From the IMG/VR virus record IMGVR_UViG_3300032288_003288: a DNA stretch of 64,000 nt. The stretch is one strand, 5' to 3'. Below are positions 1 to 9,514 of the stretch, in pieces (within the stretch, counting starts at the first letter, position 1; each line of letters begins with the position of its first letter). Position numbers and translations under genes: made by a program. The notes under the pieces are model-generated. The model searched no databases. It was not told the DNA's origin and saw only the letters and a list, made by a program, of their open reading frames with translations. The DNA comes from a virus.

Positions 1-1816
1 CGTCGATCTGCTCAGCTTCTTCACTCATATACTTGCGCTTGATTTCATTGGCTGCGCCCATGGCTGCAGCTGCAAGAGCGTGACTACCATTCTTCTTGAA
101 CATCTTGTGTGTGGTCATGTATGTATCAAGATGACGCTTGACTGCATCTTTTGGCATGTTCTTAAGTTCAGCATGTGCCTGAGGAGTAAGGAACGATTCA
201 TCAAGCTCTTCTGAAACAATACGTGCACTCTTAGTAGAAACTAATCCACGATAGTGATTTAATGCTTTATATGCATTGGTTGGGTGTACAGGTACTTTCT
301 TTTTATGGCCGAGAAGATGGGTTATTTCAATATACTGTTTGTTCTTTGAGAGCTCGTCGATCTGCTCGACTTCTTCATTGGCAATCTTACAAATGGTGTT
401 CTTACGGTTATAGTACTTGCGTGCTGCATCAGCATCTACATTGCTCTTGTGCCAATATTTGTGTACTTGCGGTACTGCCTTCTTGACATATGCATCCTTT
501 GCTACGGCTGAGATCTCGTCTAGCTCTTCAACTTCTTCAGTGGCATTGACTTTTGCTTTTAGCGGTGAATTCTTATATTGATCGGGATAGAGTTTTGCAG
601 AAGCAAGATTTGCAGACTTCATGTGCCTGTCTGCGTCTTTACCGCCTTCTAGTCCTTTACGCAGCATTCTACCGCCAGCATTACGTAAGGTTGTCTTTGA
701 GAGCTCGTCGATCTGCTCGACTTCTTCCATAACATAAAGATGTTTTGTACCTAGCTTTTTAGCTGCCTCGGCATGTGCATCCCTTAAAGTTTTTTCGCCT
801 GAGGAAAAATGCATCTCGTGTTCTTTCGGTGAACCGTAGAGCTTTGTAGTAAAAGCCCATGATCCAGTGCCGCGTGCCTTCTTGCCGTGATTGCGTTCAT
901 ATCTATTATGCATGATGCCTTCGATGATCTCAATGTCTTCATTAGCCTTTTTGGCTTTCCAAGCAGTGGCGTAGGCGATCGATCTTTCTTGATCGGTCAG
1001 TCCGCCCTTCGAGTAACCCTTCTTGATGTGCTTGACCATACGCTCAAACTTTTTACCGGGAGGAGCTACTTCTACCACATCATTGCACTCGCCGCAACAC
1101 TCAGGAGTGCCGCAGTTGTTGTGCTCTACTTCTTCTTTGAAGTTTTCGGACTTATAAGTCTTCTTGAAGTGGGCGAAACGGGACGTGATGTTGCTGTCTG
1201 TCGGCTCGCCAGCAATGTGACGACCGTGAGCTGAGTCGAGGAAGTGCTTGACCATTACGTTGGGCTTCTTGGCATCTTGCAGATGACCTTTTGAACTCAC
1301 AAGCTTCTTAACCTTGGCATGCATGGCAGAGTACTTCTTCTCACGATCTTCATCGCCAGAAGCTTCTACTGAGCCGTGATAACCATATGTAAGATTGCCC
1401 GACTTGATCTTTGATGAAGCTTCGTCAAGATCCACCTCTTCGTTGGCTTTCATAGCCTTTTTGGCAAGGTGCTTGGCAACGTTCTTGATGGTGTTTCCAT
1501 ACTCATCTTTACGCGTGCCGGTTGTACGTGTAGGATTCTTTGGATCTTCTTTCCAAGGTAGATCTTCCTCTTCCTTATAAAGAGTACCGTCCTTCTTATA
1601 CTTCGATGCAACTTTGTTCTTTAGAGTCCCGATCGTCTTTGCTCCATGAATGGTAGCCTGACGCTGACGAGTATCTCCTGCGACCTTGACAGGAGTCTGA
1701 TAGTCTTCGCAGGTATTCAGCGATTCCGCCGCATCCTTTTCTTTCTTTTGCAAAGTTTTCTTGACTTCGTCTAGAAGACCCTTAGAAAACTGATCTGTTA
1801 ATTTCTTGCTGAACAT
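1..1816 (-). CDS. Large modular protein with repeated EEVEQIDE-type linkers, probable internal head polyprotein (3' end outside window)
   Basis: ATG at 1816 (MFSKKLTDQFSKGLLDEVKK...) with a GGAG SD; frame read by hand and stays in register at the linkers down to position 1; absent from ORF track because no stop falls in the window. Confidence 0.8.
   Translation of the reverse strand, partial: MFSKKLTDQFSKGLLDEVKKTLQKKEKDAAESLNTCEDYQTPVKVAGDTRQRQATIHGAKTIGTLKNKVASKYKKDGTLYKEEEDLPWKEDPKNPTRTTGTRKDEYGNTIKNVAKHLAKKAMKANEEVDLDEASSKIKSGNLTYGYHGSVEASGDEDREKKYSAMHAKVKKLVSSKGHLQDAKKPNVMVKHFLDSAHGRHIAGEPTDSNITSRFAHFKKTYKSENFKEEVEHNNCGTPECCGECNDVVEVAPPGKKFERMVKHIKKGYSKGGLTDQERSIAYATAWKAKKANEDIEIIEGIMHNRYERNHGKKARGTGSWAFTTKLYGSPKEHEMHFSSGEKTLRDAHAEAAKKLGTKHLYVMEEVEQIDELSKTTLRNAGGRMLRKGLEGGKDADRHMKSANLASAKLYPDQYKNSPLKAKVNATEEVEELDEISAVAKDAYVKKAVPQVHKYWHKSNVDADAARKYYNRKNTICKIANEEVEQIDELSKNKQYIEITHLLGHKKKVPVHPTNAYKALNHYRGLVSTKSARIVSEELDESFLTPQAHAELKNMPKDAVKRHLDTYMTTHKMFKKNGSHALAAAAMGAANEIKRKYMSEEAEQID
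343..727. repeat. 34-bp exact direct repeat (343-376 and 694-727) encoding EEVEQIDELSK; degenerate copies near 1-22, 511-537 and 1417-1440
   Basis: tctttgagagctcgtcgatctgctcgacttcttc occurs twice. Confidence 0.9.
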
Positions 1817-1827
1817 GTTTTTCTCCG

Positions 1828-2439
1828 TTAGTCCGCATCTATGATTTTAATTTTTCGTTGAGCTTTCTGTGATCTTCTGATCAAGTAACGTTTGATATTA
1901 TCTATGTCCCTGTCTCCTGCACCCTGTACATTCGCAGGATCTGGATGAGACGTCTTGGGAGGGCCACGAAATCTGGGATCGTCTGAAGGATGCAAGTGAT
2001 CCTCAGGATCTATGTGATGATGATGTTGACCCGTGTCAGTAAGCTGAGCACGAATAGCGTCTAGATGGTTCTTAACAAAGCCATGCTTTTCCAACATGCC
2101 TGGACCCATCTGCTCTGCGTTGTGCAAGATGATAGATGCGAGTTGCTCTGCTCTGTTGACGTTGTCCTGAGAAGCCATCTTCGTATTCAGTACTGATCTT
2201 TCTAGATCAAACAGCTTGTCGAGGTTAATGGCAGTAATCTCTGCAGGGACAAAGTCTGTGTCAGGCGGCAAGTCAGCGTACAGCTTCTGTGCCATGGGGC
2301 ACATCTCAAACGACTTGGTGGTGTATGTGCCAACCGTTACTTGGTCGTTCTGATCAGTCTCTTGCTCAGGACGCAGCGTACGCTCGTCGATGCGAGCCAT
2401 AACGCGTCTAATTGAGCTTTCGACCGAGCGATATCCCAT
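1828..2439 (-). CDS. Hypothetical T4-like phage protein
   Basis: ORF coupled to the dps stop (TAATG). Confidence 0.7.
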   Translation of the reverse strand: MGYRSVESSIRRVMARIDERTLRPEQETDQNDQVTVGTYTTKSFEMCPMAQKLYADLPPDTDFVPAEITAINLDKLFDLERSVLNTKMASQDNVNRAEQLASIILHNAEQMGPGMLEKHGFVKNHLDAIRAQLTDTGQHHHHIDPEDHLHPSDDPRFRGPPKTSHPDPANVQGAGDRDIDNIKRYLIRRSQKAQRKIKIIDAD

Positions 2440-2882
2440 TACACGATCTTCCCGTAAGAACGAAGCATCCATGCATGCTTGGCGTGTTGATCCATACGAT
2501 CTTCTAGAAAGTTGACTAGACCGTTTAGACCCATACTGTCAGCAAGGTCGCGTGTCTGCTTAAGAGTGTTGCGCAGCGTATCGTTATCGGCTCTAAGAAT
2601 AGAGACCATCATCAGCGGAGACGGGACAGTGTTTTCACCAGTAATCCCCGACAACTCGCCGAAACGTTCTAATGAACCCGGTGCATAGGCATCTAGCGCA
2701 CGAATCTGTTCAGCCATAGGATCGATGGCGCCGTAAACTTCCTCGTAAAAGTTACCAAAGAAGTCATGAAACTGTTGAAAGTCCGGACCTTCCACGTTCC
2801 AGTGGAAATAGTGCGCCTTCAGATAAAGGGCAAAAGACTCTGCGAGAGTCTTCTTCATCAGTTGAACTAATTCATCCATCAC
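2439..2882 (-). CDS. dps: Dps / ferritin-like DNA protection protein
   Basis: HYFHWNVEGPDF..HDFF, D.MAEQIRAL and KHAWMLRS Dps motifs. Confidence 0.95.
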   Translation of the reverse strand: MMDELVQLMKKTLAESFALYLKAHYFHWNVEGPDFQQFHDFFGNFYEEVYGAIDPMAEQIRALDAYAPGSLERFGELSGITGENTVPSPLMMVSILRADNDTLRNTLKQTRDLADSMGLNGLVNFLEDRMDQHAKHAWMLRSYGKIV

Positions 2883-4432
2883 TCTTCACCCTCATCTTCT
2901 TCGTCTTGAATTTCTAGTTGCTTTCTCTTGTTCATCTCTTTGATTACCGCAGGATGATGTTCGAAAGCCGGCTTAAACTTAATACCGATGTCGTCGGCGG
3001 TCAACGTCGTTCCGATGCCTGCAGCAGCCACGATGTTGAAAGACTCGTTGATGCTTTCAGAAGTGACCTTCTTCTCTATCTCTTGCTGCTTGGTAGGCGA
3101 ACGCTTACCTTTGTCGTTTCTCGGGACGTTATAGATCGTTTGGCGAACTTTGGTTGGTTCTCCAGGAGTGTCGTCTTTATATGTGTTGGTCAGGTCTACT
3201 GTGCCGACTTCACGCTTATACGGATCGAGATTCATCTCTTTCATCGAAGCGTCTTTAAAAGCTTGTTTGGTAGGAGCACCCTTCGAACCTGGCTTACGAG
3301 GCTTTTCTCCACGCGCTCGCTTGGCATGGATGTTTGCCCACAGACCATTCTTTTCGAACAGCTTGTCGACTTCTGACCGATTGTCAGGAAGCGTCTCGAT
3401 CTTGCCTTCTACAATGACCTTCTGCCACTTGCCGTCGATCTTTCTCATCTCGACCATTGGCTTGGCTGAAGGTTGTAGGTCTGCATCTTCTGTGTAGTAA
3501 GTGCGACCTTTATTTAAGAAAGAGTTTACACGAGCAAAAGCTTTCTGTAAAGCGTACGTCTCATTTTCTTCTGTACGATAGCCACGCTCGAACACTTGAA
3601 GGATGGTATCCATGTCGATACCGCTCTTGTCGCTTTTCTTGAGAAGCGAACGATAGGCAGCTTCGCTGATTTGAATCTTGTCGTCTTCTGGCGTCAACAG
3701 GCTTTCTGCGAGTCTGTGAACCGAGAAGTTGTGCTTGAGTGCACGAATCTTGGGATCTACGCTCTCTGCTACCAGATCATGAATGAGAGGTAGGAGCTGA
3801 TCGTTGTTGGTCAGATCTAAATCGTTCAAGAAGTCAAATGACTCTGAAGTTATTGACGTCGATCCGGATTGTGGTCCTGTCATCTTTGTGCCGTGTAAGA
3901 ACGACTGCAGCCTACGTTGCTCTGCTGCCTTGACACGTGGAATCAAGCGCTGAGCGATCTTCTTGATCAGCTTAACGCGCTTGTCGACCTGACGATCTAT
4001 CGCTTCTTTTTCTGTAGGACCAAGAGTAGCATACTCTGCGCCTCGGCGGCCGGCGACTCTCATGCGCACGCGCTGACGGGCTAGTTGAAATGCTCTCTTT
4101 TTGATGATTTGTGGCGGAGCCATTTTTCTTTGAGCTATTTTTTTGGCTCTCTGAATCTTACCTTCCCAACGACGTATGATCATAGCACGCTTCTGTCGTT
4201 GCTGTATATTCAGAGCTTCTACCATGAGGCCTTCTGCCTCTAGCTCTTCATTCATTTGTTTTCTCAGCTCGATGATGTAGGTCAAGACTACGTCATCCAC
4301 GTTCTGCTCTTTTACGTCTAGCTGAGGATTGACGACGACTTTATCGAGCGGTTTGCCTGTGACCGAGTTGCCAGTACGCTTCGGATCAGGTTTTAGTAGT
4401 TTAGGTTTCTTAGTCTTATCATTCTTTTCCAT
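2879..4432 (-). CDS. Large basic/acidic modular late protein, probable internal head protein
   Basis: Late promoter upstream; basic modules (KKSDKSGI...AFARVNSF; GLWANIHAKRARGEK) and several L/I-x-E sites. Confidence 0.7.
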   Translation of the reverse strand: MEKNDKTKKPKLLKPDPKRTGNSVTGKPLDKVVVNPQLDVKEQNVDDVVLTYIIELRKQMNEELEAEGLMVEALNIQQRQKRAMIIRRWEGKIQRAKKIAQRKMAPPQIIKKRAFQLARQRVRMRVAGRRGAEYATLGPTEKEAIDRQVDKRVKLIKKIAQRLIPRVKAAEQRRLQSFLHGTKMTGPQSGSTSITSESFDFLNDLDLTNNDQLLPLIHDLVAESVDPKIRALKHNFSVHRLAESLLTPEDDKIQISEAAYRSLLKKSDKSGIDMDTILQVFERGYRTEENETYALQKAFARVNSFLNKGRTYYTEDADLQPSAKPMVEMRKIDGKWQKVIVEGKIETLPDNRSEVDKLFEKNGLWANIHAKRARGEKPRKPGSKGAPTKQAFKDASMKEMNLDPYKREVGTVDLTNTYKDDTPGEPTKVRQTIYNVPRNDKGKRSPTKQQEIEKKVTSESINESFNIVAAAGIGTTLTADDIGIKFKPAFEHHPAVIKEMNKRKQLEIQDEEDEGEE

Positions 4433-4490
4433 CAGAGTTTCCCTAAGGCTTATCTGTTAAACGGGTTTGCCGTAGCCTTGACCGTATACC

Positions 4491-4498
4491 TATTTATA
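4491..4498 (-). promoter_or_regulatory. T4-type late promoter TATAAATA
   Basis: Exact consensus, intergenic; gp55 is encoded in the window. Confidence 0.8.
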
Positions 4499-4508
4499 AT
4501 AAATCAGT

Positions 4509-4787
4509 TTAGCAGTTCCAACGCTTAAGGGAAGCGGCCTTACGGGTCGGTCTGCCCTTCTCGTCCTTCATAGGACCGGGCATGCCGCTCATGCGAGCGC
4601 AGAAAGACTTACGTCTTTTGGCTGCCTCGCCGTCTGGATCTAGTTTGCTAGGCGGAGTAGTGACTGCCATCTTGACGCCAGCCGCCTTAGCTCCCTTACG
4701 AGTCAAGCCAGCGCCGTCTTCGGTCGGTCTCTTGTGGCCTTTTGTGTCTTCTCCGCGTTCTGTTATGAATTCTTTGAACTTGATCAT
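4509..4787 (-). CDS. Small basic protein with capsid-targeting-like N-terminus
   Basis: MIKFKEFITE resembles the T4 IP capsid-targeting sequence; RRKSFCARMSGM...KRWNC. Confidence 0.75.
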   Translation of the reverse strand: MIKFKEFITERGEDTKGHKRPTEDGAGLTRKGAKAAGVKMAVTTPPSKLDPDGEAAKRRKSFCARMSGMPGPMKDEKGRPTRKAASLKRWNC

Positions 4788-6097
4788 GTGACTTCTTCCC
4801 ATGTCATGGCTCCGACCGCGTCGTTGCCATTGGCTGCACCAGTAGCAGCAAGAGTAATGGTAACACCAATGTTGTTAGCAGCAAAAGGATCTCTTTCAAA
4901 TTGATACGCAAAGAGATCGGATCTAGATAAGTTAACTGCTGCGCCGCCAGAACCTGCAGCCACATTTACATAACCGATCTGTGCATCTCTACCACCGGTG
5001 ATAGCTGTAGCTGTAGTGTCATATTCTATTGCAGAATCATTAGACGTATTAGCAAAGTTAGCTCCAGTTAGAGTTCCACCAATAATGATCTTATACCTGT
5101 AGCTGGTATTGTTTGTAACACCAAAGAACTCGACATCTTTTAAAACAGCAACAGCATCTTTAAAAGAATCTCTTAATCTCAATGAAACGATAGGAGTAAA
5201 TGTTCCAGCCGTGGGAAGATCTTTTGGTGAGGTGATGGGTATACTAACGCTTCTAGCTCTACCGTTTAGTTCATATCCGCCTTCTGATATGACTGTAGAG
5301 CATATCTGCTTAAGCGTAGAGTTGCTGGCAGTGTTGGCGGTATTTTTAATCTCATATCTACAAGGCAACGTGGCAGTGGTCATATATGTCGTGGTGTTTA
5401 CGTTGTCGTTATGAAATATATGAGCAGGTAGCATTATGCCATCTACAACAAATCCACATCTAACGTCACCAACACCGAGCCATTCGACGTCTATCCAGAA
5501 GATATTAGACTTGGTGATGTTTAGTCCGCCTGAATGTTCAGCTGATGTGCTCTGACCAGAAAAACCTGTTCCATCGAAGCTATCGACGTTCCAGTTTGAT
5601 TGAGCTATTCTATTATCTGTAGGAGTTCCTGTGACGTTGCTCCGAAGGACCAGATAGTTTCCGCTACCATCATTTTCTAAAAAGATCCCGTTCTCTGTAT
5701 TGAAGTATCCTACTCGCTGAGTTAATCCAGCTTTAGGAGTATTCATACAGAAAGTATTTAAGATGAGTAGAGATTTGCCAGGCTGATAAGAGAATACACG
5801 CTTGGTTTCTCTATAGACGTGAGAGTTATTGGCAGTATCTACGTTCATATTTATGACCGATTCGTTGGTCATGTGCTCGGTATTAGAAGTGCCAGCAGTA
5901 TTTGTCGACCACTTGTCGTTGTCTTGATAACGATGAGAAGAATCGAAAAGAGTGTACCCTGTAGAGGTGCGAAGTCTACCAAACGCATCTGTTACAGTTC
6001 CTGACGGAGTAAGTCTGTTGTCTAACATGTTTACTTCGTATAGAGTCTTGTTATGAGACCTATGCAGTATCTTTTGATCTGATCTCCACTGCGCCAT
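4784..6097 (-). CDS. Beta-rich putative virion structural protein
   Basis: 437 aa, T/N/G-rich, DAFGRLRTS motif. Confidence 0.6.
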   Translation of the reverse strand: MAQWRSDQKILHRSHNKTLYEVNMLDNRLTPSGTVTDAFGRLRTSTGYTLFDSSHRYQDNDKWSTNTAGTSNTEHMTNESVINMNVDTANNSHVYRETKRVFSYQPGKSLLILNTFCMNTPKAGLTQRVGYFNTENGIFLENDGSGNYLVLRSNVTGTPTDNRIAQSNWNVDSFDGTGFSGQSTSAEHSGGLNITKSNIFWIDVEWLGVGDVRCGFVVDGIMLPAHIFHNDNVNTTTYMTTATLPCRYEIKNTANTASNSTLKQICSTVISEGGYELNGRARSVSIPITSPKDLPTAGTFTPIVSLRLRDSFKDAVAVLKDVEFFGVTNNTSYRYKIIIGGTLTGANFANTSNDSAIEYDTTATAITGGRDAQIGYVNVAAGSGGAAVNLSRSDLFAYQFERDPFAANNIGVTITLAATGAANGNDAVGAMTWEEVT

Positions 6098-6708
6098 TAA
6101 CTAATCCAGTTCTTGAATGTGGCGATGAACATCTCTGAGATACCGATGCCCTTACGAACGTCATGATACAACTCGTCTTTATGAGCTTTGCTCATGCCGC
6201 TCGGAGCCATCTTATGAAACTCTTCTCTATTTCCTGCTGCAGCGTGTCTACGCATCGCAGTGCCAGAGGCTGCAGCTAGACCTTCGCCGCCTTCTGATCT
6301 CTCGGCCCCGACTGACTTGACTTTGATACTCTTGAAGTTGTATCCGCCATGTCTACCTTCTTTGCCGTTGTACTTGTGTAGAAGATCATGGAATTCCTTG
6401 ACACGATCTGAACCGACATGCATAGTCACGTGAGTGTAACCGGCTTTGTGTAGCTTAGACATCTGAGCCAGCAGAGTAGGATGATCTTTACCCATGGCCT
6501 CTACGTTGGCACCAGGAACTGCACGCTTGAGATGTTTGACCTTCTGTTGCGGAGTCAGAGGATTCTTCTTGGCATCGTGTGAGCCAGTCGTCAGGATCTT
6601 GTGATCTGCGCCTTCCTTCTTAGCAGCATCCATAACTTGCTTGACTACCATAGCATGTCCAGCGTGGACTGGATTGAATCTGCCTTGAGTTATATGGATG
6701 GCTTTCAT
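6097..6708 (-). CDS. HIGH-motif nucleotidyltransferase (phage cytidylyltransferase/NMNAT-like)
   Basis: GRFNPVHAGH, KNPL, VGSDR and SGTAMR motifs. Confidence 0.85.
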   Translation of the reverse strand: MKAIHITQGRFNPVHAGHAMVVKQVMDAAKKEGADHKILTTGSHDAKKNPLTPQQKVKHLKRAVPGANVEAMGKDHPTLLAQMSKLHKAGYTHVTMHVGSDRVKEFHDLLHKYNGKEGRHGGYNFKSIKVKSVGAERSEGGEGLAAASGTAMRRHAAAGNREEFHKMAPSGMSKAHKDELYHDVRKGIGISEMFIATFKNWIS

Positions 6709-7853
6709 TTCTTTGTTACTCTTGATGCTCTGAGCATTTCGCTGCGGGCTCTGTTGGCTTTCGAGAAACCTTCGCGATCAACGATCTTGATCGGGCTAGT
6801 TCCTCCTGCCACGTAGCCTTCGCCGCCTGCCTTGTTACCGCCAATATGAGTTTCAAATCCTCCGGCTCCATGACTGTCCAACGCACGAGCCAGATGATTG
6901 GTGGCTTGCTGTACGTGATGATGGATCTGCAGAGATCTGTTGAATGCCGATGCATTCTTCTTGACATGCTGTAGAGCAGCTTCTTTGGTCGCGCGCTTCT
7001 CATCTTTCGCTTTCTGTGTCTTGACAGAATCAATCTTCTTGTCATGATGTGCAGCCAACCATGTCGCATAGCCGCGTGTTGAAGGCTTCTCTCCTGAAGA
7101 GACGGTCGAGTTGATGTACGTTCTCATGGTAATCTCATGACCAGCGAGGTGCTGATACGAGTGGCCTTTCATGAGTTTAGTGGCAGCTCTGAGATGCTGA
7201 TCTACTAGCTTCTTATGTTCAGGCGCAATGTTTCTTTCAGCGCCGCTGACGACGTGCGATACTCTATGTACGTCTGGATGTTCACCGAACTCTGAGTCGT
7301 CTGTGATAGGATGAGGCTTCTTGTCTTTGCCCTTCAATTCAGTATGAATGACGGTGCTGACCTTAGACTTGGCAAGCTTCTTACCTTCTGCAGAGTTGGC
7401 AGGAGTCTTGTACTCGATCGTGTTTGGAGTATGAGATATCTGGCCGTCTTTGGTCTCGCGAGTCTCAGGAGTCGACATGAACCCACCTTGATACTCGCCA
7501 GCTCTGTTAGGCAGCACTTTGCTTAGATGCTTATGTAGAGCTTTTAGCGGACCAGCAAGATATGGCTTATGGCCGTGTTGCTTGTCGATATCCTTTTCAG
7601 AGAAGTTATATGTGGCGCCTGGGCCTTTGTACTTCACTCCGACCTTGCCATCGGCAGTGCGAATGGCCTGATACGACATCTTGTCGTCGATCTTGCGAGT
7701 GATAGGTGCAGCTCCACGCAATGAAGCACGTAGCGTACGAACTGCATGCGCAGTAGCCTTAGGTCCATCAAACGTTCTGTCTGATGGATGCTCGAGATGT
7801 TGAATACCTGCTGCAGCAGTTGCTTCTGTTAGATAGTCTAAGAACGTCTTCAT
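6705..7853 (-). CDS. Conserved T4-like protein with ligase/nucleotidyltransferase-like motifs and capsid-targeting N-terminus
   Basis: MKTFLDYLTE; HLEHPSD; TRKIDD; PNTIEY; GEGYV; KIVDR. Confidence 0.65.
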   Translation of the reverse strand: MKTFLDYLTEATAAAGIQHLEHPSDRTFDGPKATAHAVRTLRASLRGAAPITRKIDDKMSYQAIRTADGKVGVKYKGPGATYNFSEKDIDKQHGHKPYLAGPLKALHKHLSKVLPNRAGEYQGGFMSTPETRETKDGQISHTPNTIEYKTPANSAEGKKLAKSKVSTVIHTELKGKDKKPHPITDDSEFGEHPDVHRVSHVVSGAERNIAPEHKKLVDQHLRAATKLMKGHSYQHLAGHEITMRTYINSTVSSGEKPSTRGYATWLAAHHDKKIDSVKTQKAKDEKRATKEAALQHVKKNASAFNRSLQIHHHVQQATNHLARALDSHGAGGFETHIGGNKAGGEGYVAGGTSPIKIVDREGFSKANRARSEMLRASRVTKK

Positions 7854-7878
7854 TATTTTTCCTTCAGTCTCGGACTAT

Positions 7879-8868
7879 TTATTTCTTTCTGCGAGTCGGA
7901 AACTGGTTAAACATCTTCTGATACTTCGAGAAGTTGAGGATCATCTTGGTGTTCCAGATCTGCTCATCTCCGTCGTCTGTGGTGACGTGAAGAGTGGCAT
8001 TGGTCCAGATATTGCCAGTCATCTTGGCATCGATCACGGGCTTACCGATCTTCTCGATCATCTTCTGCATGAAGTTGCGGTATGCATCTTCTGCACCCTG
8101 AACATTCATCTTGATGTAGCGATCGATCATCTCTTGATTAGGAACACGAATATCGCCTTCACCTGGCCTAGACATGGTATTCTTTGCCTTGGTGATGGAG
8201 CGATACAGCGAGCGCTTCTGCTCCACCATCTTATATTCATTATAGCTCTTGGTCCTAGGTACTGCCTTATCGAGATCCCAGTCATGCTTCTTGAGGAAGT
8301 CGAGACGATCTTCAATAAACTTGGTTGCTTGCTTGCGAGCCATCTCTTTGTACTCGTTCAGGTGGCTTTCGAAGATCTTGATCAGCGAAGAAGAATCTGC
8401 AAACTTACGAGCCATAACTGCATTCGAAGCAGCCTTGACTTCAGCACGCTTCTGACTCACTTTTACGACCTTGCTCTTTAGAGCTTTGAGGTCTTCACCG
8501 ACCGGCTTCCATGCCTTGATATATTCACGAACATCTTTAAGCATGTTAGAGTATGCAGGTACCTTCTTCTTTTCCAACTTACCGAGCAGCTTCTCGATCT
8601 TATTATGACTGGTGAATCCGTCGAAGTTGGTATAGTAGAGCTCAGTAAGATCTTCGTCATCGCGGTGGTTACGAACCAGATCGAGAATAGAGTCTGGCTT
8701 AGCAGACCACTTACCGCTACCCATGACTCGCTTAGCTTGACTGACGAGGTCGATGTACTGAGGGTTCAGGATCTCGCCAGCCTTCTTATAGGCAGCGATA
8801 GCCCTGACAATCTCTTCATGAGTCGTCATGCGAGTCGACTCAGTGATGTATTGATTAAACGTCTTCAT
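7879..8868 (-). CDS. Hypothetical protein with capsid-targeting-like N-terminus
   Basis: MKTFNQYITE at 8868, overlapping the upstream stop. Confidence 0.7.
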   Translation of the reverse strand: MKTFNQYITESTRMTTHEEIVRAIAAYKKAGEILNPQYIDLVSQAKRVMGSGKWSAKPDSILDLVRNHRDDEDLTELYYTNFDGFTSHNKIEKLLGKLEKKKVPAYSNMLKDVREYIKAWKPVGEDLKALKSKVVKVSQKRAEVKAASNAVMARKFADSSSLIKIFESHLNEYKEMARKQATKFIEDRLDFLKKHDWDLDKAVPRTKSYNEYKMVEQKRSLYRSITKAKNTMSRPGEGDIRVPNQEMIDRYIKMNVQGAEDAYRNFMQKMIEKIGKPVIDAKMTGNIWTNATLHVTTDDGDEQIWNTKMILNFSKYQKMFNQFPTRRKK

Positions 8869-9470
8869 CGTATCCTCTTGATAGAACCGTCGCTGTTGAC
8901 GAACCACGCCTCAAAGGTTACATTTGGATATTCTTTCTGAAGATCCAGAAATGCCCTAAGATTGCTCATGGCATCGTCGTAGAGTCGTGTTTTTGTATAG
9001 TTTTTTGTATTTAGGTATCTACGAAAAACTACTTTCTTTGCTTCAGCAGAAGAATCTATGTTCAAATTGCCTGAACGCTCAACGTGCATCTGATCGATAG
9101 GAAGACCGTGGTCACGGAACGTCTGAAGGAACATCTTCTTGTCGTCAAAATCTGATCGAGCCGTTACGATGATCGCTCGACTGTGTGGGTTCTTCTTTGC
9201 CTTGACGATTGCCTTAGCCTTTTCAATCATTCTCACTACTGGCGTAGAAGTCTTACGAAACACCTCTGCCGACTTGAACTCGCGAAAGTCGTATTCCTCA
9301 CCAGGCTTGCGTTGATATGTGTTGAACTCTTGGTTGTCTAGCATTCGAACGACTTTGCCGTCCTTGACAACAGCAACCTTTGCCTTGGTATGGAACAGCG
9401 TCTCATCGATATCGAATATCGTGAGAGTCCCTTTGCCTACAAATTCTTTGAATCGATTAACCTTTACCAT
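8865..9470 (-). CDS. HAD-superfamily phosphatase (PNKP 3'-phosphatase-like)
   Basis: FDIDETLF motif I, IVTARS motif II, LYDDA motif IV. Confidence 0.85.
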   Translation of the reverse strand: MVKVNRFKEFVGKGTLTIFDIDETLFHTKAKVAVVKDGKVVRMLDNQEFNTYQRKPGEEYDFREFKSAEVFRKTSTPVVRMIEKAKAIVKAKKNPHSRAIIVTARSDFDDKKMFLQTFRDHGLPIDQMHVERSGNLNIDSSAEAKKVVFRRYLNTKNYTKTRLYDDAMSNLRAFLDLQKEYPNVTFEAWFVNSDGSIKRIR

Positions 9471-9476
9471 TATAGT

Positions 9477-9505
9477 ATTCTACCAAAGTTTTGAAAAAAT
9501 GTACA
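9477..9505 (-). promoter_or_regulatory. Phage early/middle promoter TGTACA-N17-TAGAAT, probably leaderless
   Basis: Matches a motif repeated at least 14 times; ATG 6 nt after the -10 box. Confidence 0.75.
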
Positions 9506-9514
9506 TAGCCTATT

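Noticed and set aside
1-730. Repeat-spacer pattern as a CRISPR array
   Set aside because: The repeats are in-frame coding linkers, the spacers are long (roughly 130-200 nt) and irregular, and no cas genes are present.
4433-4490. c-di-GMP-I riboswitch (GGCAAAC)
   Set aside because: Only a short motif matches; the second stem and tetraloop receptor are not evident and the leader is too short.
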